From an uncultured delta proteobacterium (GTDB lineage Bacteria; Desulfobacterota; Desulfomonilia; UBA1062): a DNA stretch of 64,000 nucleotides. A program made the position numbers and the translations under genes. A model generated the notes under the pieces. The model saw only the letters and a list, made by a program, of their open reading frames with translations, was not told where the DNA came from and did no database searches. Of this stretch, positions 32,876-41,895 are shown piece after piece. Positions within the stretch are counted from its first letter, which is position 1. Each line of letters starts with the position of its first letter. The stretch spans positions 192,001 through 256,000 of the forward strand of contig CAVVYZ010000002.1 in NCBI GenBank assembly GCA_963752595.1. The letters run 5' to 3'.

Positions 32876-34821
32876 TTGCGCCTTGAAGCGCATGGAATAC
32901 AGTGACCTGGGATGGCCACCCTGGTAAAGCCTAGCCAGCAGCCAGGTACCGAGTCTTGCGTGGGGTGCGGTAACAATCTTCACGAAGCGTAGACAGGAAG
33001 GTGGCAGGCCGGAACCGAAAGATGAAGAGGAAAATTAGCCCCGAAATCGAACGTGTGCGGAGCAGTCGACCCTGTCTCTCAATGGGGAAGACGGAAATGT
33101 CATATTCGTTAGAAGGGCGAGAATATGAGATTGCTTCCGGGGTTCGTACCTACGGCATGTCATCAAGGGATTCCATGTGAACAAGGGAGATCCGGCGAGC
33201 TCAGGCGGAGCCTGTAGGAGCAAACAAGCCATCAAAGCGAGGATGCTCCGATGGTTCGTCGGAAGTCGGACTGGCTGATAGTACTTTGAGGCAGGGAGAG
33301 CCTACCACATGGGGAAGCGGCTAGCAGGATTTGAGCTCTTCTAAGGGAACATGAGCTCCATACAAAGGGAGGATACGAGCCTTCATGCAAAGGAGGGAGT
33401 AACTCAGTCATGGGAACGGGATTAGAAGGGATAGCAACGAAAGCTCGGAGTGAAACAAAGCTCAAGTTCACGTCACTATGCCATCATGTGACGCGGGAAC
33501 TGATCTGGGAGGGCCTGTGCAACATACCTTACCAGTCAGCGCCGGGAGCGGATGGCATCAGCGTGGAAGAGGCGAAGAGGACATTCAATGAATGGATAGA
33601 TGAGATGCACACGTCCATTCACCGGAAAGCATACCATGCACCACCAGTAAGGCGAGTATGGATACCTAAGCCGGGGAAAGCTGCCAAGCGACCGATAGGA
33701 GTCCCTTGCATAGCCGACAGAGCACTTCAGAGGAGTGTATCAGTGATTCTGTCGAGCATTTATGAGCAGGACTTTCTGCCGTGTTCGTTTGGAGGCCGAC
33801 CGAAGCTGAGCGCCCATCATGCCCTAGCAACATTCAACGAGATTGTAGTGGGCAAGAAGGTGGAATGGGTATTTGAAGCGGATCTAAAGAACTTCTTCGG
33901 CAGTTTGGACCATGGATGGATAGAACGCTTTGTGGAGCACCGAGTCGGAGACCCGAGGATAATGAGCTTGGTTAAGCGATGGCTAAAGGCAGGTGTTCTG
34001 GAAAATGGAGAGGTTAAACCGGTAGATGTGGGGACTCCTCAAGGGGGATCCATCAGTGTGCTGTTAAGTAATCTATATCTCCACTACGCTTTGGATCTAT
34101 GGTTCGAAAGGATTATAAAGCCAAATTTAAAAGGAGAAGCTTACTTGATAAGGTACATAGACGACTTTGTGGTATGCTTCCAATATCGCTCGGATGCAAT
34201 CTTCTTTCAGGATGCGCTGGTAAAGAGACTTGAGAAATTCAGCTTGGAACTAGAGCCTGAAAAGACCCGTTTGGTGGAATTTGGGCGCTTTGCTTCGGAG
34301 AATTCAGAAAAGCGTGGAAAGAGACTGGAGACGGTTTTCTTTCTAGGATTTACCCACTACTGCTCTCGCAACAAGAAGGGCAATTTCATGGTGGGGCGCA
34401 AGACTGAGAAGGCTCGATTCCGACGGAGCATATGCAAATTGCAAACACTGATGCAGGAGATCAGGCATCATTCCCTGAGAGGATCAAGTCCTGAAAATCA
34501 ACCAAGTACTTACGAGGCCACTATGCTTACTATGGTAGTAGGAGGGAACTTTAAATCGTTGTACATGATTTATCATTACGCCGAAAGATACTGGCATAAG
34601 ATGCTTAGTAGTCGGAGCCAAAAGAGCTACATTGCCTGGGAAAGATTCAAATTCCTCAAGCAGGTGTTTCCGTTACAGCGGCCAAAGCTTTCCGTCACTT
34701 ATAGGAGGATGAAAGCGTTCGCTGTGCTGTGAATCAAATTCTGAAGAGCGTAGTGCGGGAAATCTGCACGCTACGTTCTGTGGGGGTTGGGGCTGCCAAT
34801 TGGCAGCTCCTTCTACCCGGC
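32876..34821 (+). mobile_element. RT-encoding group II intron (inner intron of twintron)
   Basis: Starts TTGCG; DV GAAGAGCGTAGTGCGGGAAATCTGCACGCTACGTTCTG; ends CTACCCGGC; removing it rejoins outer DV and DVI. Confidence 0.85.
33410..34732 (+). CDS. ltrA: Group II intron reverse transcriptase/maturase (no endonuclease domain)
   Basis: APGADG, RVWIPK, RPIGVP, ADLKNFF, GTPQGG, RYIDDF, FLGFT. Confidence 0.93.
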   Translation: MGTGLEGIATKARSETKLKFTSLCHHVTRELIWEGLCNIPYQSAPGADGISVEEAKRTFNEWIDEMHTSIHRKAYHAPPVRRVWIPKPGKAAKRPIGVPCIADRALQRSVSVILSSIYEQDFLPCSFGGRPKLSAHHALATFNEIVVGKKVEWVFEADLKNFFGSLDHGWIERFVEHRVGDPRIMSLVKRWLKAGVLENGEVKPVDVGTPQGGSISVLLSNLYLHYALDLWFERIIKPNLKGEAYLIRYIDDFVVCFQYRSDAIFFQDALVKRLEKFSLELEPEKTRLVEFGRFASENSEKRGKRLETVFFLGFTHYCSRNKKGNFMVGRKTEKARFRRSICKLQTLMQEIRHHSLRGSSPENQPSTYEATMLTMVVGGNFKSLYMIYHYAERYWHKMLSSRSQKSYIAWERFKFLKQVFPLQRPKLSVTYRRMKAFAVL

Positions 34822-34877
34822 GAGGGGTGTCGTGAGGCGCCCCCCTATCCCGATTATGCATAGGAACTGGTTCAAAT

Positions 34878-35400
34878 ATGAGTGAACTCACTGACCATCA
34901 GCAGCAATACGTACAATTTCTTCGTGCGGATATTGAGTCAATAAAAAGGGAGATCGCACGTAGGGCGAATCTTCAGAGGGTTGCGCTTGCTACTTATATT
35001 GTTGTTATTGCATTTGTAGGAAAGGGTGTATCATTGCAAGAAATAACAGGCTCCATTGCTTGTCGGCTTTTGGGTAATTGGGTCATTATGCGTTTCAGTA
35101 CTATACTCGTGAAGGTCTAGAGATAGGCAGGCTTGCTTCTATTGTTCGAGAAAGGATAGCACCAATTGCCAGTAAGATATTGGATGTCCACCAGAGAGAT
35201 CTCTTCCCTTCAGAAACAAATAATGCATATCAAGAAAAAGACAGAATATACCATTCTCTATGATCATTGTTTCAATGGATATTATTTCTTTTTTTCTCCC
35301 AGCTGGCAATAAACTTTGTTATTAACTATACTGAGGATTGGTCCAGGCGTACAAAAAGTTCTGGATTTTTGCACAAGAGGTCTATTTACATGTAGAGTAA
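34878..35400 (+). CDS. Hypothetical membrane protein, cassette 2 (frameshifted; 3' end approximate)
   Basis: AT-rich ORF pieces 34878-35120 and 35078-35263 starting right after R'. Confidence 0.45.
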
Positions 35401-35620
35401 TCTCAGTGGCAATGCATGGTCGAGACTGATGGAGAATGGAGAAGGATTGGCAACTCATTAATTCCTCGTTGGGTTTGCGTTTTAATCGGTGTTTTAATAA
35501 TAGTTGTTGGCTTGAAAATGTTTTGTACGTTAAAACTTACCTTATAATCAAGTATTATTGAGCGTTTTCTCATTAAATGAATAAACTACCCGCGGCATGT
35601 ATTTTATCAGAGCAAACAAA

Positions 35621-35677
35621 ATCCAACCAGCCACTCCAGCCGACGGCCTATAGCCGCGGCTGACCGGCACGTTGAGG
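35621..35677 (+). other. attC site 2
   Basis: ATCCAAC...TCCAGCCG..CGGCTGA...GTTGAGG; 57 bp imperfect palindrome with R''/R' boxes. Confidence 0.8.
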
Positions 35678-35714
35678 CCATTGATTCATATCATTGCAAA
35701 AAATAGGAGGCATT

Positions 35715-36170
35715 ATGAATAAGTTACCTACCGAACAGACAACATCTCGACAGCTAATACGCCTTGGCATACTTCTGTTTTTTCTAGGGCTTCTCTCCGG
35801 CCTGGTCGTGCCAATGCTGTCCAACCCTCGCATGGGTCTTTCAAGCCATCTCGAAGGTGTGATGAATGGCTCCTTTCTGGTCATTCTGGGCCTGATATGG
35901 TCCAAGCTTCGATTGTCTCGAATGACCATGATAACCACGTTCCGGCTGGCCATCTATGGTGCCTATGTCAATTGGGCCACCACCTTAGCCGGGGCGGCAT
36001 GGGGGGCCGGTAATTCCATGATGCCTATCGCAGGCATGGGCCATAGGGGTTCGCCCCTCCAAGAGGGGATCATCAACTTTGGCCTGGTGTCATTCGCCAT
36101 TGCCATTCTCCTCACGTGCGTCATTGTCTTGTGGGGTCTCCGAGGTGCAGACGAGCCCAAGTCTACGTGA
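35715..36170 (+). CDS. Membrane protein similar to the styrene-oxide isomerase (StyC)-like family, cassette gene
   Basis: About 4 TM, NPRMGLSSHLEGVMNG; GGAGG RBS. Confidence 0.6.
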   Translation: MNKLPTEQTTSRQLIRLGILLFFLGLLSGLVVPMLSNPRMGLSSHLEGVMNGSFLVILGLIWSKLRLSRMTMITTFRLAIYGAYVNWATTLAGAAWGAGNSMMPIAGMGHRGSPLQEGIINFGLVSFAIAILLTCVIVLWGLRGADEPKST

Positions 36171-36213
36171 CCCCCCGAACCAATGAACCCGGCGGAATCA
36201 AAGGAGTTGCCCT

Positions 36214-36831
36214 ATGAAACGTTGTGAATGGGCTAATAGGAGCGAGTTGGAACAGTCTTATCACGATAAGGAATGGGGCACAGCAATCCATGACGACAGA
36301 AGCCTGTTCGAGTTTCTGGTGTTGGAAGGCGCGCAAGCCGGGCTGAGCTGGTCCACTATCCTTAAAAAGCGGGAAGGTTACAGAAAAGCATTCGACAATT
36401 TCGATGCCGGGAAAATCTCCCGATACTCCGAGCATGACGTCTCCATATTGCTGGCTAATCCGGAGATCATAAGAAACAGGCTCAAAATCAACGCGACCAT
36501 CACTAACGCCAGAGCGTTCTTGCAGGTGCAGGAACAATTCGGAAGCTTTGACCGTTACGTCTGGCAATTCGTTAACGGCAGAACTATCCAGAATTCATGG
36601 GAGAGGATTACTGATATTCCTTCCAGCACTCCTGAGTCCGGAGCCTTGAGCAAAGATCTGCAGAAAAGAGGGTTCAAGTTCGTTGGGACAACAATCTGTT
36701 ACGCATTCATGCAGGCCGTCGGCATGGTAAACGATCATGTCGCAGGTTGTTTCAGATACGAAGAACTCAAAAATAAGGACGAGCATAACCGGGCGGCGCA
36801 CCGAATCGCCGGGAAACCCGGCTCCCGGTGA
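36214..36831 (+). CDS. tag: DNA-3-methyladenine glycosylase I
   Basis: RCEW, YHDKEWG, LEGAQAGLSW, IIRNRLKI, GMVNDH..C. Confidence 0.93.
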   Translation: MKRCEWANRSELEQSYHDKEWGTAIHDDRSLFEFLVLEGAQAGLSWSTILKKREGYRKAFDNFDAGKISRYSEHDVSILLANPEIIRNRLKINATITNARAFLQVQEQFGSFDRYVWQFVNGRTIQNSWERITDIPSSTPESGALSKDLQKRGFKFVGTTICYAFMQAVGMVNDHVAGCFRYEELKNKDEHNRAAHRIAGKPGSR

Positions 36832-36845
36832 CCTTTGTGTCGGCG
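36783..36845 (+). other. Degenerate attC site 3
   Basis: GCATAAC...CACCG..GCCGGGAAACCCGGC..CGGTG...GTCGGCG (R' GTT changed to GTC). Confidence 0.55.
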
Positions 36846-36861
36846 ATTTTGGATATCTGAC

Positions 36862-37491
36862 ATGGAAAAATATCGAATTTACTGCTCCGGCCCACTGTTC
36901 TGCGCAGAAGAAATCGGCGGCATGAGTGCAATTGCCAAAGTGCTGGAAGATGCAGGCTTTCAAACATTCTTACCGCATCGTGACGGGATGGAAGCGTATG
37001 TCTTGCGTTTCTCAAACTCATCTTTTCCATCAACCGTTTCAGGGATACGCACACGCATTGATTACGCTATATTCTCCCTGGATGCATACGAGTTGATCGA
37101 AAGATGCAGCGCTGTAGTATGCAACCTGAACGGTCGTGTTCCCGACGAAGGAATGATTGTTGAAGCAACCCTTGCATATGCAGCCGGTAAGCCCCTCGTT
37201 TTTTTCAAAGATGATCTCAGGGCTCCTTTCGGCGGATATGACAATTCAATGCTGACGAGTCTGGTGCGCGGAAAAATTGTCAAAAGACTGAAGGAATTGC
37301 CTTCTGCACTCGAATATGAATTATCTCGGAAAACAGATTCAATACCCCTGTCGAACGGTTTAGAAAAAGCAATTTCATATGGGAAACGTATTTCATCGGT
37401 ATTGGAAAGCCTGCCGGAAAAGATGTTTAAAAAAAGGTGGTCGGACGAAATCCTCAGCCAGGTTATAGAAGAGGCACTCAAGGAGAAATGA
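36862..37491 (+). CDS. Nucleoside 2-deoxyribosyltransferase superfamily protein
   Basis: IYCSGPLF, FLPHRD, DEGMIVE..AYAAGKP. Confidence 0.75.
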   Translation: MEKYRIYCSGPLFCAEEIGGMSAIAKVLEDAGFQTFLPHRDGMEAYVLRFSNSSFPSTVSGIRTRIDYAIFSLDAYELIERCSAVVCNLNGRVPDEGMIVEATLAYAAGKPLVFFKDDLRAPFGGYDNSMLTSLVRGKIVKRLKELPSALEYELSRKTDSIPLSNGLEKAISYGKRISSVLESLPEKMFKKRWSDEILSQVIEEALKEK

Positions 37492-37508
37492 TCTTCGCTG
37501 GCCCCTCT

Positions 37509-37554
37509 CATCCACCGGAAGGCTTTCAGCCGCCGGTGATCTCAGTCGTTGACC
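37509..37554 (+). other. attC remnant (R'' eroded)
   Basis: CATCCACCGG..GGC TTTCA GCC..CCGGTGAT...GTTGACC. Confidence 0.5.
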
Positions 37555-37632
37555 TTTTGAATGGTCTTGATCTCAAGTGATGATAGGTATATTTCAGCAG
37601 GTGGAAAAGCATCAGAAAAAGGATCCCGAACA

Positions 37633-38184
37633 GTGTATGCACAATTCATGAAACTCATCGAGCTCAACGCCGAAGACATCACACAGAATCTTTTACAGGA
37701 ATTCCGGAAAAAGGGGGAGTTCCTGAATTATCGTGAGATCTCCGAGGACATTTTCCTGGAACGCATCTCCCAGGTGATTCGCAACGTGTACATGAGGCTT
37801 GGGAGCTGGCTCGATAAAAACAAACAGAAAAACACCTTGTTTGCCTATTATTCAAACCTTGGCGCCGAGAGATTCCGGGAAGGCATCCCGCTGGATGAGG
37901 TCATACAGCTCTTCATGACGATAAAGATGGAGATCTGGCACATGTTCAGGGAGCAGGTTGTGCCGGGCAGCGAGATAGACCTGAAAAGGCTCATGGAAAT
38001 AGATTTTTATGTGAATCTCTTTTTTGACCGCATTGTGACTGCCATCGTCAAGGGTTACCAGAACGAGCTCGTGAAGGCTTGCGAGAGATCGGGCGTCAGG
38101 ATGCAGGAAAGCATGACCTCTGGAAAGGATGACAAGCCCTCCATCGACACCGCCGGTTATATCGACAGATACATAAAGCCATAG
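37633..38184 (+). CDS. Hypothetical protein, RsbRD-N/globin-like helical domain
   Basis: YSNLGAERFREGIPLDEV, FFDRIV..IVKGY. Confidence 0.55.
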   Translation: MYAQFMKLIELNAEDITQNLLQEFRKKGEFLNYREISEDIFLERISQVIRNVYMRLGSWLDKNKQKNTLFAYYSNLGAERFREGIPLDEVIQLFMTIKMEIWHMFREQVVPGSEIDLKRLMEIDFYVNLFFDRIVTAIVKGYQNELVKACERSGVRMQESMTSGKDDKPSIDTAGYIDRYIKP

Positions 38185-38222
38185 CGCGCCCTTTCTATGC
38201 TTCATCGACAGGAGAATTGATA

Positions 38223-38693
38223 ATGCAGGAGACAGAACTGCGGTACGCTGGATTCTGGATTCGAACATGCGCAGCTCTGATCGACACCATACTGATAATG
38301 GTGATCATCTTACCCTTGCTCATATCTATCTACGGATGGGGCTACTTTGATGCAGACCAGACAGGGTTTCTCGCTGGTCCCGCTGATTTTATCATCTCGT
38401 GGGTCCTGCCGGCGATCGCTGTTGTAGTGTTCTGGATCGCCAAGCAGGCCACGCCGGGCAAGATGATCGTCTCCGTGAGAATAGTTGACGCGGCATCGGG
38501 GAATGCTCCAAGCTCCGGGCAATTGGTAGGACGCTATTTCGCTTACTTCGTTTCCTGTTTTCCTCTTGGCCTGGGTATCCTGTGGGTGGCTTTTGATAGG
38601 AGAAAACAAGGCTGGCATGACAAGCTCGCCGGGACAGTAGTTGTGCGGCAGGCGCGGCGTGGTCCCGAGCCCGTGAGCTTTGGGCAAGCCTGA
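38223..38693 (+). CDS. RDD family membrane protein
   Basis: YAGFWIR..AALID, TPGKM, KQGWHDKLAGTVV. Confidence 0.9.
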   Translation: MQETELRYAGFWIRTCAALIDTILIMVIILPLLISIYGWGYFDADQTGFLAGPADFIISWVLPAIAVVVFWIAKQATPGKMIVSVRIVDAASGNAPSSGQLVGRYFAYFVSCFPLGLGILWVAFDRRKQGWHDKLAGTVVVRQARRGPEPVSFGQA

Positions 38694-38730
38694 TCGCTGC
38701 AGCTGATAGTTTACCAAGCAGAAATACTAA

Positions 38731-38778
38731 TTCACCCGGGTAATATTGACAATCCTGATTTACCCGGGTATTTATAGT
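38731..38778 (+). promoter_or_regulatory. Promoter with two ACCCGGGT palindromic boxes flanking TTGACA
   Basis: ACCCGGGTA at 38734 and 38762; TTGACA at 38746-38751. Confidence 0.55.
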
Positions 38779-38804
38779 CCTTTCACCATTAAGGAGGAAT
38801 TCGA

Positions 38805-39437
38805 GTGATAGACGAGCAGAATATTACACGGTGTACCGCGTTCGAAGGCTCCCGCTGCATTGCTTCAGGAAACCTTGTGGAGGTCGCCGGGAAGGTAAAA
38901 GAGATCATCGATCGGGGGGAGCAGGCATCGGTCCTGATCTTTGACGATTTTACCAGCGAGCTTGTCGAGGTGGATTTTCGCGGCACGATGGAAGATGTCA
39001 TGAAGAGATTGGAGAAGCCGCTTGCGAGCGACGAAGCAGCTGCAGCACCGCTGAATACAGGCCAAAGCTCACCGCGCGGGCCGGGGCGACCCAGGCTGGG
39101 CGTTGTCTCCCGGGAAGTGACCTTGCTGCCGCGGCATTGGGACTGGCTCAACAGTCAACCAGGGGGTGCCTCTGTAGCTCTCCGCAAGCTTGTCGAAGAA
39201 GCGAAGCGTGTGAACGGCGACCGGGATAAGGTGCGCCAGTCGCAAGAGGCGGCGTACAGGTTCATGTCCGCCATGGCCGGTAACCTGCCGGGATTCGAGG
39301 AGGCAACGAGGGCTTTGTTCGCAGGAGATCCTGAACGTTTCAATGATTCAGTGGTTTCATGGCCTGCGGATATCCGGGATCATGCGCGAAATCTTTCAGA
39401 CTCTGCATTCCAGAATCGGGTGCACGGGAGTGCCTGA
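38805..39437 (+). CDS. DUF2239 family protein
   Basis: GRPRLGVVSREVTLLPRHWDWL..QPGGASVALRKLV, FEEATRALF. Confidence 0.88.
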   Translation: MIDEQNITRCTAFEGSRCIASGNLVEVAGKVKEIIDRGEQASVLIFDDFTSELVEVDFRGTMEDVMKRLEKPLASDEAAAAPLNTGQSSPRGPGRPRLGVVSREVTLLPRHWDWLNSQPGGASVALRKLVEEAKRVNGDRDKVRQSQEAAYRFMSAMAGNLPGFEEATRALFAGDPERFNDSVVSWPADIRDHARNLSDSAFQNRVHGSA

Positions 39438-39476
39438 TACAGCCGTCGATATGGTCGGTCTGTATGAGAGAACCGG

Positions 39477-40069
39477 ATGGAAACCCTTGAAGAGAAGATA
39501 GCCCGCGTGCTGAAAGAGGAAGTGGCAGTTGTGCCGTACGATCCCCGCTGGCCGGAGATGTTTGAACAGGAGCGGCTTCATCTGCTGTCCTGCCTGCCCG
39601 CCGACCTGGTCACGAGAATCGAGCATTTCGGCAGCACCGCTGTTCCCGGCCTCCCGGCCAAACCCATTGTGGACATTCTGGTCGAGGTGGCGAGCCTTGA
39701 CGGGACGAGGCAGAGAATTGCGCCCATTCTTGAAGCGCAAGGGTATGACTACTTCTGGAGGCCATCAGGGGAGATGATACGCCGCCGTTCTATGCCTGGT
39801 TTATCAAGCGTGACGAGTATGGAAACAGAACGCATCACATCCACATGGTTGAGCCCTGGTTCGAGCACTGGGACAGACTTCTCTTTCGGGACTACCTCAT
39901 CGAGCATCCAGCCGTTGCCCGGGAATACGGCAATCTCAAAATCAGGCTCGCTGGTGCGCACCAAAATGACCGCGTGGCCTACACGAAAGCTAAGAGTGAC
40001 TTTATCAGCCGGGTTACCGGGAAGGCTGAATTCTGCGATCAAAGGGTTTCCGGAAGGAGACGGCATTGA
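39477..40069 (+). CDS. GrpB family protein (frameshift near 39770)
   Basis: VPYDPRW, IEHFGSTAVPGLPAKPIVD, FRDYL, YTKAKSDFI. Confidence 0.85.
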
Positions 40070-40329
40070 GATTCCGCTGGATGTTGCAGACCCGGACTCG
40101 TGCTCTGCGTTTCAACTTTCCGCTGATCGTGCCTTGCCGCCGAGCTATCCGTTCGGATGGGCATCTCGGCGGCTTTCAGGGTGGTCTTGAAATGAAGCGG
40201 GTTTTACTCGAAAAGGAGGGGATCCGGTTCGACGGTTCGGGGAGGGTAGTCTGTGCGCAGTTTCATTATGAGGGGATAATGTCGGACAAAGGCATACCGG
40301 ATGAATTCATCCAGCCTGACCATCGATGA
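40030..40329 (+). pseudogene. Methylated-DNA--protein-cysteine methyltransferase (Ogt/Ada) remnant
   Basis: FPLIVPCRRAIRSDGHLGGFQGGLEMKRVLLEKEG (PCHR changed to PCRR); N-terminus and central part missing. Confidence 0.7.
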
Positions 40330-40409
40330 ATGCATACGCGTCATATCAGGCAGCCGATGGCTCCACGCTGTTTCCCATAATCCATAGAATATAAAAACAA
40401 GGAGAATTC

Positions 40410-41015
40410 ATGAGCGGTCATAAAACCGTAACTGCTATCATTGGAAGCTACCGCAAAGGCGGTGTCATCGATACGGCAGTGGATGAGATCCTCGCCTCGG
40501 CACGGAAAGAAGGCGCCGAGGTCCATAAGATATATCTGATCGAGAAGCATATCGAGTTCTGCACGAATTGCCGGAAGTGTACCCAGCAGGAAGGATCCAA
40601 GCGCGGAGAATGCTGCATTGCAGATGAAATGAGCGGCATCCTGGATACAATCGAACGGTCGGATGCCATTGTGCTCGCTTCGCCCATGAACTTCGGCACC
40701 GTAACGGCGGTCATGAAAAGGTTCATTGAACGGCTGGCCTGCTATGCCTACTGGCCGTGGGGGATGCATGCACCCAAGGTCCGGCATGCACAGCAGAACA
40801 AACGCGCCGTCGTGGTCGCTTCCTCGGCGGCCCCTTCCATTATCTCCCGCCTGCTGACAAAGATCGTGAGCCTGCTGAAGACCGCCGCCGGCGTGCTTGG
40901 GGCAAAGACGATCGGCGTGCTTTTCATAGGCCTTGCCGCTCAGCACCCGGAACAGAAGTTATCTGAACGGACAAGGAAAAAGGCACGCAGGCTGGGAAAG
41001 AAGCTGGTTGCTTAA
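40410..41015 (+). CDS. Flavodoxin family/NADPH-dependent FMN reductase (Fe-S flavoprotein-like)
   Basis: GSYRKGG, CTNCRKC..C, IVLASP, MKRFIER. Confidence 0.85.
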   Translation: MSGHKTVTAIIGSYRKGGVIDTAVDEILASARKEGAEVHKIYLIEKHIEFCTNCRKCTQQEGSKRGECCIADEMSGILDTIERSDAIVLASPMNFGTVTAVMKRFIERLACYAYWPWGMHAPKVRHAQQNKRAVVVASSAAPSIISRLLTKIVSLLKTAAGVLGAKTIGVLFIGLAAQHPEQKLSERTRKKARRLGKKLVA

Positions 41016-41018
41016 CCA

Positions 41019-41513
41019 ATGAAGCGCCCCTTAAAAACAAGGCAGTCAAGGCAGGTGCCCGCCTTGTCAAACCGCCTCGCTTCCCGCCGGTTGTTTTTGT
41101 ACTTTATGTTTATCCTCTTGTCCTTAGAGGCATGCAGTATGACCCGGAGATCCCGGATCTATCTCGATTCGTCGTACACGACTTCCGATGGAATGGTCAT
41201 CTCGAACTTCTCGACTGATGAGGTGGATGCATACATCCGGTCATTCGTACTTCAGAAGGGGTATGAGATCAGCTTTGCAGACAGTTCTCAATCCTGGATC
41301 CAGCAGGAACTTCCGGATGATTCCTCGCTGATCTGGCTTGCCGAAAAACCGGATGAGCCGGCGATCCTCTTCCTGGCAGCGGAAAGGAGATTGATCGTAA
41401 GCTTCGTTCGGAAGGGGCCGCTCCCCTCATCCAGGCTCAAAGATTACGTAAATGTCCTGTACAGGATTCTGGCCGCCAAGTTCGGCGATCAGAATGTTCA
41501 TATGTCGCAATAA
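41019..41513 (+). CDS. Hypothetical lipoprotein (start uncertain)
   Basis: Hydrophobic stretch ending LEAC; followed by a terminator-like hairpin and T tract. Confidence 0.5.
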   Translation: MKRPLKTRQSRQVPALSNRLASRRLFLYFMFILLSLEACSMTRRSRIYLDSSYTTSDGMVISNFSTDEVDAYIRSFVLQKGYEISFADSSQSWIQQELPDDSSLIWLAEKPDEPAILFLAAERRLIVSFVRKGPLPSSRLKDYVNVLYRILAAKFGDQNVHMSQ

Positions 41514-41895
41514 ACCTCTTCAGGCCTTTTTTGTATCTGCGGAAATAATTCCATACCCACTAAAAAAATAAGAAAAATGCGTAATGTATGTTATTACAAT
41601 ATGATAACATAAAAAATGTGTATTATGCCGAACCCTCCTTTCAAGGGTTGCATGGAGCGAATGAGTATCGTTCCTTCGGTACTCTCGATGAACGTTTGCG
41701 CTCACCGCCACTCGACGGGCTTTACCCGCTCGATCAAAATATCCGGCCGGTTCGTATCTCACAGGTTTCCTTGCATACTTCGCATCCGGTACACAGAGAG
41801 GATAGTGGAAACGGCTCAGGCAAAAAGGCTGCAAAGGGCATACTTGGCGTAAGAATTTTTTATGATCGTGTTTTAAAGGATAAAAGGAGGACTCG

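Larger units (their letters stand above)
32225..34854 (+). mobile_element. ORF-less group IIC intron (outer intron; 32225-32875 + 34822-34854, 684 nt net)
   Basis: 5' GTGTGCCGGGCATGG; DIII-like CAGAAGTCAGCAGAGGGCATAGTAG..GAAGGCCCGAAC; short DV GAACCGCCGTGTACGTGACCCGTACGCACGGTGGTG; DVI ending CCTATCCCGAT; DIV about 140 nt with no ORF. Confidence 0.85.
30473..34859 (+). other. attC site 1 (59 bp when reconstituted), split by an IS and a twintron
   Basis: 30473-30480 + 32179-32224 + 34855-34859 = ACCTAACAATGGCATGCAGCGGACGCGCTGCCGCGCGCCGCTGATGCCTAGCGTTATGC. Confidence 0.85.

Noticed and set aside
34478-34545. Divergent segment in the intron RT thumb (RGSSPENQPSTYEATML)
   Set aside because: Three single-base insertions restore the frame; the corrected reading EDQVLKINQVLRGHYAYYG is a normal domain X
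33410-34732. RT as a retron, DGR or CRISPR-associated RT
   Set aside because: Group II intron DV/DVI lie directly downstream; no TR/VR pair, msr-msd or cas genes seen
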